This document shows positions 46,325 to 51,505 of a stretch of 51,505 nucleotides of DNA, piece after piece; within the stretch, counting starts at the first letter, position 1; every line of letters starts with the position of its first letter. The stretch spans positions 1 to 51,505 of the forward strand of contig CAYPII010000003.1 of assembly GCA_964410765.1 (NCBI GenBank). The letters run 5' to 3'. The notes below the pieces were generated by a model, which searched no databases, was not told the origin of the DNA, and saw only the letters and a list, made by a program, of their open reading frames with translations. A program made the translations under genes and the position numbers. The stretch is from an uncultured Myxococcales bacterium. GTDB lineage: Bacteria > UBA10199 > 2-02-FULL-44-16 > JAAZCA01.

Positions 46325-46900
46325 ATGAAATACGATATCATCTTTGCGGGCGTTGGTGGACAGGGGGTTGTCTCGGCGTCGTCGATGCTGGTGGCGCAGG
46401 CCGACCGCCTGGGGCTTATGTGCAAACAAAACGAGGTCCACGGGATGGCCCAGCGGGGCGGGGCGGTCGTCTGCCACGTGCGCCTCTCCGACGAGGAGAT
46501 CTACAGCGACATCATCCCGAAGGGGGGCGCCGACGTCATCCTCGGCATGGAGCCGATGGAGGCGCTGCGCTACGTCGATTACCTCTCCCGAAATGGGACG
46601 GTGATCACGAGCAACCGGCCGATCAAGAACATCGCCTATCCCGACGAGGGGGAACTGCTGAAGGCCGTCCGCAAACAGCCCTCCGCCATCGTCGTCGACA
46701 CAAATGCCCTGGTCGAGGAATTGAAGAACGAACGCGTCATCAATGTCGCCATGCTTGGTGCGCTTGCGAAGCGGCTCGGCATCGAGGGGCTCAAGGAAGG
46801 AATCCTCAAGGACGTGGAGCAGCGCTTCGCGAAGAAGGGGGAGGCGATCGTGAAGCTCAACCACGAGGCCTTTGCCTTCGGCGAGGCCGCGGCGTCCTGA
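46325..46900 (+). CDS. iorB: Indolepyruvate:ferredoxin oxidoreductase beta subunit
   Basis: MKYDIIFAGVGGQGVVSAS N-terminus. 191 aa. Confidence 0.85.
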   Translation: MKYDIIFAGVGGQGVVSASSMLVAQADRLGLMCKQNEVHGMAQRGGAVVCHVRLSDEEIYSDIIPKGGADVILGMEPMEALRYVDYLSRNGTVITSNRPIKNIAYPDEGELLKAVRKQPSAIVVDTNALVEELKNERVINVAMLGALAKRLGIEGLKEGILKDVEQRFAKKGEAIVKLNHEAFAFGEAAAS

Positions 46901-46921
46901 GTGTGCTGCGACACGAAAATG

Positions 46922-46950
46922 AAAACGCCGGTTTGCGCCGGCGTTTTTTT
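46922..46950. terminator. Bidirectional rho-independent terminator
   Basis: AAAACGCCGG, loop TTTGCG, then CCGGCGTTTT plus a T-run. It lies between the convergent iorB and the nuclease-domain gene. Confidence 0.85.
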
Positions 46951-48653
46951 CACTGTGCGTGCGTGCAATCGGGCGGCATGACAAAGGGCTCGAAGCGCCG
47001 CGTCTGCTTGTTCACGACCCGAATATTCGGATCGAGGATGTCCATCGTCGCCTCTCCCCAGAGCCCCAGGTTTTGCTGTCGCACGACTCCGCTCACCTCG
47101 AGATAGGCGTCGCTCAGGTTGTTGCGGTATTTCGTGTAGGCGTAGGAGGCGCCGATCGCGACTATCCAGGCGTTGATGTCGCCCGCGCGGTCGGGGTGGT
47201 TGAGCAGAAAGACGCGGTAGATCTTGCCGAGCTGTTCCACGACCGGCGGCGCATAGAGCTGCGCCGGATGTGGGATCTTCGCGGGGTCGAGGAGGTCTGC
47301 GAGCTGATGGCGCCCTTCGCGCCGCAGCTGAGCGAGCTTGGCCTTCGCGGCGCCTGCCGCCTGTTTCTGCTTTGCGCTGCCGTGCGCGATCTGCCAGTCG
47401 AGCTGGTACTGATGCCAGAGCTGATTGCCGTTGATGATCGCATGTCCATCGTCCGCATAATCAAACCAGATACGCCGCGCGTCCGTTCCCGACGGGGAGC
47501 CGGACATCATCGGCGTGCGGCCCAGACGCGCACCGGGCCGCTCCCACCAGAGATTTCCGCCGTTGCCCATGACCTGCGCCAGGCGCGTGTCGATGTAGCG
47601 CGTGAGCAGCTCCGGCTGCAGGGTGCGCAGTACCCAGATGCCGCGCAGGTAGTTGCCGTAGAGGGAAACCATGTCGCAGGCCGGCGCGCCGTCACCCTGT
47701 TTACGCACGCGGTTGAAGGTCTCCTCCACCGCAAAGTGTGCGTTCTGTTCGGCCGCCCAGAGGAGGAAGTCGCGCATGACGAGCGAGCTGACCTGTCCCG
47801 CGAATTCCATCCGGTTGGCCAGCAGCGTCTCCACCGGCCCGCCGCGCTGCAGCTCGTCCGGGCGGATGAGTTTTTGTTGTTTCCACTCGTTCATGATGGC
47901 GCCGACCTGTGGCCAGAACTTTGCCGCGGAGCGAAACTTCTCCGGCGTGTCGATGCCGGCGAAGCGGATGGTCATCGCTTCGTCCTCGCAGTTCGAGCGC
48001 TCGACGATCACCTTCACCGTATCGCCGTCGCTCACGCCGGTGATCGCCGCCGGCAAGAGCCGGTTGCGCAGCACGGCACGCCGCGCGGCACCCGCCATCG
48101 GCGCCTCGGGAAAGAAGATCGACTCGAGGATCGGGCGCCGTTGTCCTTCCGGCACGAAGGTCATCAGCGCCGAGGCGAGTGCGGTGTGTGCAACGTCGTA
48201 CTGGCCGTTTCCGCGAAAGGTGTGATACCCCGCGATAAAGCGAAAGGCCTCCGCCCGCGTGATGTGCTCCCAGTCCGTGATATTCTTCGTCGTGTATCGC
48301 TGCTCGCGCGGGTTGTAGACGCGCGTGCGCGTGCGCTGGTTTCGGGAGTTGAGCCCGCCGCGGCTGTGTTCCGCGCCGAGATCCCAGGCGAGGAGCTCCA
48401 GCGCCGGTTTGTGCTTCGTCTTCTCCAGGGCCACATAGTGGTCGCGCAGCGATTGCGGCAGCAGCGGCAGGACCCGGCGCGCGAGTTCGCGCTTCTCCAG
48501 GGCCAGCGGCTCGCAGCGCGCCGCCTGCGGGAGAGGGTGCACCTGCGTCTCCTCCTGCGGGATCGGACGCGGGGCGCTGCCGTTTGTGGTAGGTGAGGAG
48601 GAGAGGGGGGCTGTGGTCTCGGACATGGTTCGCTCCTGTAAACGCCGCAGCAT
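46950..48653 (-). CDS. Large protein with a central staphylococcal-nuclease (SNase/thermonuclease)-like core
   Basis: VSDGDTVKV...IRFAGIDTPE (Ca2+/catalytic signature) at about residues 200-235 of 567, with flanking regions unrecognised. The opposite-strand 545-aa ORF is Arg/Ala/Leu-rich junk. Confidence 0.75.
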   Translation of the reverse strand: MLRRLQERTMSETTAPLSSSPTTNGSAPRPIPQEETQVHPLPQAARCEPLALEKRELARRVLPLLPQSLRDHYVALEKTKHKPALELLAWDLGAEHSRGGLNSRNQRTRTRVYNPREQRYTTKNITDWEHITRAEAFRFIAGYHTFRGNGQYDVAHTALASALMTFVPEGQRRPILESIFFPEAPMAGAARRAVLRNRLLPAAITGVSDGDTVKVIVERSNCEDEAMTIRFAGIDTPEKFRSAAKFWPQVGAIMNEWKQQKLIRPDELQRGGPVETLLANRMEFAGQVSSLVMRDFLLWAAEQNAHFAVEETFNRVRKQGDGAPACDMVSLYGNYLRGIWVLRTLQPELLTRYIDTRLAQVMGNGGNLWWERPGARLGRTPMMSGSPSGTDARRIWFDYADDGHAIINGNQLWHQYQLDWQIAHGSAKQKQAAGAAKAKLAQLRREGRHQLADLLDPAKIPHPAQLYAPPVVEQLGKIYRVFLLNHPDRAGDINAWIVAIGASYAYTKYRNNLSDAYLEVSGVVRQQNLGLWGEATMDILDPNIRVVNKQTRRFEPFVMPPDCTHAQ

Positions 48654-48771
48654 CCGGCGCCCTGTCGCTCCCCCTCGAAAGACTATAGTGCCTCCCCAGC
48701 GTCGGATAAAGGTTTTTTTTGAAAAGGGAAGAGTGCGAAATAGTGAATAATTTTAAGCAGATCCCGCGAAA

Positions 48772-51114
48772 TCAGGGTTTCACATCCCTTCGAATCGCAT
48801 CGATGGCCGTGGCCACCGCGCGGGCGGCGTCATCGACGTGGGCATAGCAGGGGATCCCCGCCGCGATCAGCGCCCGACGAAAGCCGTCGTACTTCCACCC
48901 CGACTCCATCGAGACGACGAAGGGTTTCTGCGCGTCGCGGTGCACGGCGATGAGACGTCCGAGCAGCGCCCCCTCCGCATGCATATCCTCGCGGTGCCCC
49001 TCGCCCTTCTCGCAGGTGGTGAGCATCACCGTCTCCGGGACGACCGCGAAGACGCCGACGTGCGTGTTCGGGTCGGCCAGCACCGTTCGCACGATCGCCT
49101 CGAAGCCGGCGTCGTTCGTCATCGGCGAGAGGTCGAGCACATCCCCCTGATCGACGATGCCGGCAACGCCGTGTTCGGTGAGTATCTCGCGCAGGCGCTC
49201 CCGCGTCTCTTCCGTATAGCGCGCGAGTTCGAAGGTCTTCGGATCGTTCGCCATCAGGTGGTCGGCGAGCGCGCACTTCTCGAATCCGGCGTTGGAGAGC
49301 GCCGCGACGCCGAGCCGCCCCGCCGGAAGGTCGCGGAGTGTCGCGAGTCCTTCGCAGTGGGTCGCGAGCAGCATCAGCTGCTGGAAGTCCTCGGAGCTCT
49401 CGGCGACCATCGCGCCCGCGCGCCAGGCCAGGTGCGCGAACATGTGGTAATCGCCGGCCATCGCGGCGGTGTGCCCCTTGGCCGCCTCCATCCCCGCCTC
49501 GGTCCGCCCGGTCTTGTAGACGATCACGAATTTTCCGCGCCGCGCCGCTTCATCGGTCAGCCGCATCAGCCGCGCGCCGTCGCCGGGCCCGAGCCCCTCG
49601 ATGTAGAGGCCGTAGACGTCGATGCGCTCGTCGTCGATGAGCGCCTCCAAAAAATCGACGACGGTGAGGTCCATCTGGTTGCCGACCGAGACGGCGACCT
49701 CCGGCGCGATGACGCCGGCCATGTCCGAGATGCGCGTGATCATGAACGCGCCGCTTTGGCAGATGAGCGCGGCGTTGCGTTTGCCCTCCCCGGTGCCCGA
49801 TGACTTGTAGTTGGGCGTGAAGAGCGTGTTCACGTCGTGGAAGATGTTGCCGAGCGTGTTCGGGCCGTTGACGACCGGGCGGTGCTCCGGCGTGGCGTCG
49901 AGCGCGTGGAGTTTGCGCGTGAGCTCCTCCTGCATCCCGCGCCCGCGCTCCGTCTCGCCGAAGCCCGACGAGATGATCATGAGCGAACGCGCGGCATATC
50001 GGTCGAAGCATTCGGCGATGAGCCCCCCGGCGATCTTCGCGGGGACGCCGACGACCAGGCAGTCGACCGGTTCGCCGCCGCGTCGTTCGAGCAGCGCGGC
50101 GAGGTCGGGGACGCAGGGGACCCCTTCGACCTCCTCCTCCTTCGGATGGACGACGAAGAGCTCCTTCGGATCGATCCCGGAGGAGCGAAACTTGCGCAGG
50201 ATGATGTTCGAGGGGTTTGCCGGATTCTTGCCGCTGGCGCCCGCGATGGCGACCGAGCGCGGGTGGAGCAGCGCGCTGACCTTTTCCAGCGGCTTGTGCG
50301 TGCAGCGCGGGTTGTCGTTACGCCGCGCGCGCACCACGCCGTCGAGTGCCAACACCCGCCCCTCGTGCGCGACCGCCGGATTGCTCTCCAGCTCCTCGAT
50401 GACGAAGGGGGCCTTCGCGTTTTCCGCGGAATAGGAGCGCCCGAGCGTCTGGAGGATGCGCAGCGGTTTTTCGAGTTCCGCAAAGGCGAGCTGCTGCGAT
50501 GCGCCGCGCACGCGCCCTTCGACCAGCTCCACCACCGGCATCGTGCGAAGGACGTGATCGATCGAATCGAGCTTGACCGCCGCCGGGATCATCACCGTGG
50601 AACGATTGGGCGGGAGGATTGCCTGGTAGTGTTCCGCGCGCGTGCCGCCGAAGCCGAGCGCCACGCAGGGGCCGAAGAAGGGATCCTGGTAGAGGCCCAG
50701 GAGCATCTCGCCGGCGAGTGTGGCGTCGTGCGCGATCTGCTCGGCGAAGAGGACGCCGCGAAAGTTCGCGTTGGAGGCGAAGCGTTCGCGGAGCTTCTCG
50801 ACGGCGTCGGCGGCGTGCTCCTTCGTCACGTTGAAGAGCAGTCCGCCGTGCTCGGTCTTGTGCGTCACCCCCTCCAGGACGACCTTCGCCACGAAGGGGC
50901 CGGCGTGCGGCAGCGCGCGCTCCAGCCCGTCGGTCTCCGCGTGCGCCTCGTGGGAGTGCCAGGCCGGCACCGCGATGCCGGCGAGCGCGAAGAGCTCGTA
51001 GGCCTCGTGCTCGAAGAGCGTGCCGTGTTCGCGCGACGCAGCGCGTTCCAGCAGGGCTTCTATTTTTTCCGCATTGCGGGGTCGCTCGAAGGTGTCGTCG
51101 GACAAAAAGCGCAT
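48772..51114 (-). CDS. ADP-forming acyl-CoA synthetase (fused ATP-grasp + CoA-binding/ligase domains)
   Basis: ATP-grasp N-terminal part, CoA-binding SVAIAGASGK, and the phosphohistidine loop GHTAAMAG. 780 aa. Confidence 0.85.
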   Translation of the reverse strand: MRFLSDDTFERPRNAEKIEALLERAASREHGTLFEHEAYELFALAGIAVPAWHSHEAHAETDGLERALPHAGPFVAKVVLEGVTHKTEHGGLLFNVTKEHAADAVEKLRERFASNANFRGVLFAEQIAHDATLAGEMLLGLYQDPFFGPCVALGFGGTRAEHYQAILPPNRSTVMIPAAVKLDSIDHVLRTMPVVELVEGRVRGASQQLAFAELEKPLRILQTLGRSYSAENAKAPFVIEELESNPAVAHEGRVLALDGVVRARRNDNPRCTHKPLEKVSALLHPRSVAIAGASGKNPANPSNIILRKFRSSGIDPKELFVVHPKEEEVEGVPCVPDLAALLERRGGEPVDCLVVGVPAKIAGGLIAECFDRYAARSLMIISSGFGETERGRGMQEELTRKLHALDATPEHRPVVNGPNTLGNIFHDVNTLFTPNYKSSGTGEGKRNAALICQSGAFMITRISDMAGVIAPEVAVSVGNQMDLTVVDFLEALIDDERIDVYGLYIEGLGPGDGARLMRLTDEAARRGKFVIVYKTGRTEAGMEAAKGHTAAMAGDYHMFAHLAWRAGAMVAESSEDFQQLMLLATHCEGLATLRDLPAGRLGVAALSNAGFEKCALADHLMANDPKTFELARYTEETRERLREILTEHGVAGIVDQGDVLDLSPMTNDAGFEAIVRTVLADPNTHVGVFAVVPETVMLTTCEKGEGHREDMHAEGALLGRLIAVHRDAQKPFVVSMESGWKYDGFRRALIAAGIPCYAHVDDAARAVATAIDAIRRDVKP

Positions 51115-51260
51115 GCATCCTCCTCATCGGCAGAGGCCCTCTCTACTATCAAATCCGGGCCGCTGTAAAGCGGGGCGCGTGCGCGGCCGATCTGGACAAA
51201 TGGACGCGCATTGCCTAGGATGACGGCCGTTTCCCGCCGAGAGCGGACAAGGGGGTGTCG

Positions 51261-51505
51261 ATGACCGCGAAGAAGATCGAGCCGGGGATGCTGCGCTGGT
51301 CGCCGGACAAGAAGATGGCAAAGCTCTTCGAGACGCCGGGGAAGATTCCGACGACGGAGGCGATCGTCGGTCAGGAGCGCGCGATCGACGCGCTCGACAT
51401 GGGCATCAAGCTGCTGCGCCCCGGCTATAACATCTACGTGGCCGGCATGGCCGGCAGCGGGCGCATCTCGACGATCCGCCGCGCGCTGGAGCAGGATGCC
51501 ACGCC
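51261..51505 (+). CDS. Lon-like (LonB/YcbZ-type) protease, 5' partial
   Basis: Hand translation gives MTAKKIEPG...IVGQERAIDALDMGIKLLRPGYNIYVAGMAGSGRISTI. The ORF runs off the window and is absent from the ORF track. Confidence 0.55.
   Translation, partial: MTAKKIEPGMLRWSPDKKMAKLFETPGKIPTTEAIVGQERAIDALDMGIKLLRPGYNIYVAGMAGSGRISTIRRALEQDAT

Noticed and set aside
44782-51168. Large ORFs antisense to iorA (44782-46425), the SNase-domain gene (46959-48596) and the acyl-CoA synthetase (48838-49803, 49837-51168).
   Set aside because: Arg/Leu/Val/Asp-rich translations with no motifs. The opposite frames carry diagnostic motifs.

Overview
High-GC bacterial chromosomal window. The gene content (parAB plus bactofilin, split F-type atp operons) resembles Myxococcota/deltaproteobacteria-like lineages. 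All calls come from reading the ORF translations and the DNA by eye. No searches or computations were run, so family names are motif recognition from memory. From 1 to 19.2 kb everything is co-directional: MBL-fold hydrolase, rsmG, an AT-rich spacer with perfect parS palindromes, parA (with an internal parS), parB, a bactofilin, and the F-type ATP synthase genes b', b, delta, alpha, gamma, beta and a short epsilon. With no break, a complete 7-gene V/A-type ATPase operon follows (E, DUF2764-like, A, B, D, I, K), then a membrane pyrophosphatase, and only then a clean terminator. The V-type K subunit, the pyrophosphatase and partly the F-type c subunit carry Na+-coupling signatures, and an NhaC antiporter lies further on. 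From 19.2 to 27.6 kb the content is more accessory: a visibly low-GC single-gene insertion (ORC/Cdc6-like AAA ATPase with a winged helix), small unknown ORFs, a nitrilase-family hydrolase, a metallophosphoesterase, two divergent DUF882 (M15 peptidase) paralogs, an FAD oxidase, and an orphan acidic lipoprotein behind a sigma-54-type promoter. From 27.6 to 33.2 kb lie dtd, then my best candidate for an undescribed system, then tatC-tatA convergent to it. The candidate is a translationally coupled operon: a NosR/NapH-like FMN-binding polyferredoxin membrane protein, a small TM protein, the AmmeMemoRadiSam radical SAM enzyme, a Tat-signal-only mini-ORF, and a signal-anchored Memo-AMMECR1 fusion. 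The remainder holds a NYN/YacP-like protein, a SEC-C protein, and tRNA-Asn with a duplicated 3' end (an att-like scar). It also holds a HAD phosphatase, nhaC, the second F-type operon (atpI-atpB-atpE), an uncharacterised RDD / Rossmann / RNHCP operon and iorAB. It ends with a large protein carrying a staphylococcal-nuclease core, an ADP-forming acyl-CoA synthetase and the 5' end of a Lon-like protease. A short interspersed hairpin repeat family (TGTCAT...ATCC units) sits at several gene ends. I saw no rRNA, CRISPR array, transposase or integrase. Many long ORFs antisense to real genes are high-GC artefacts.
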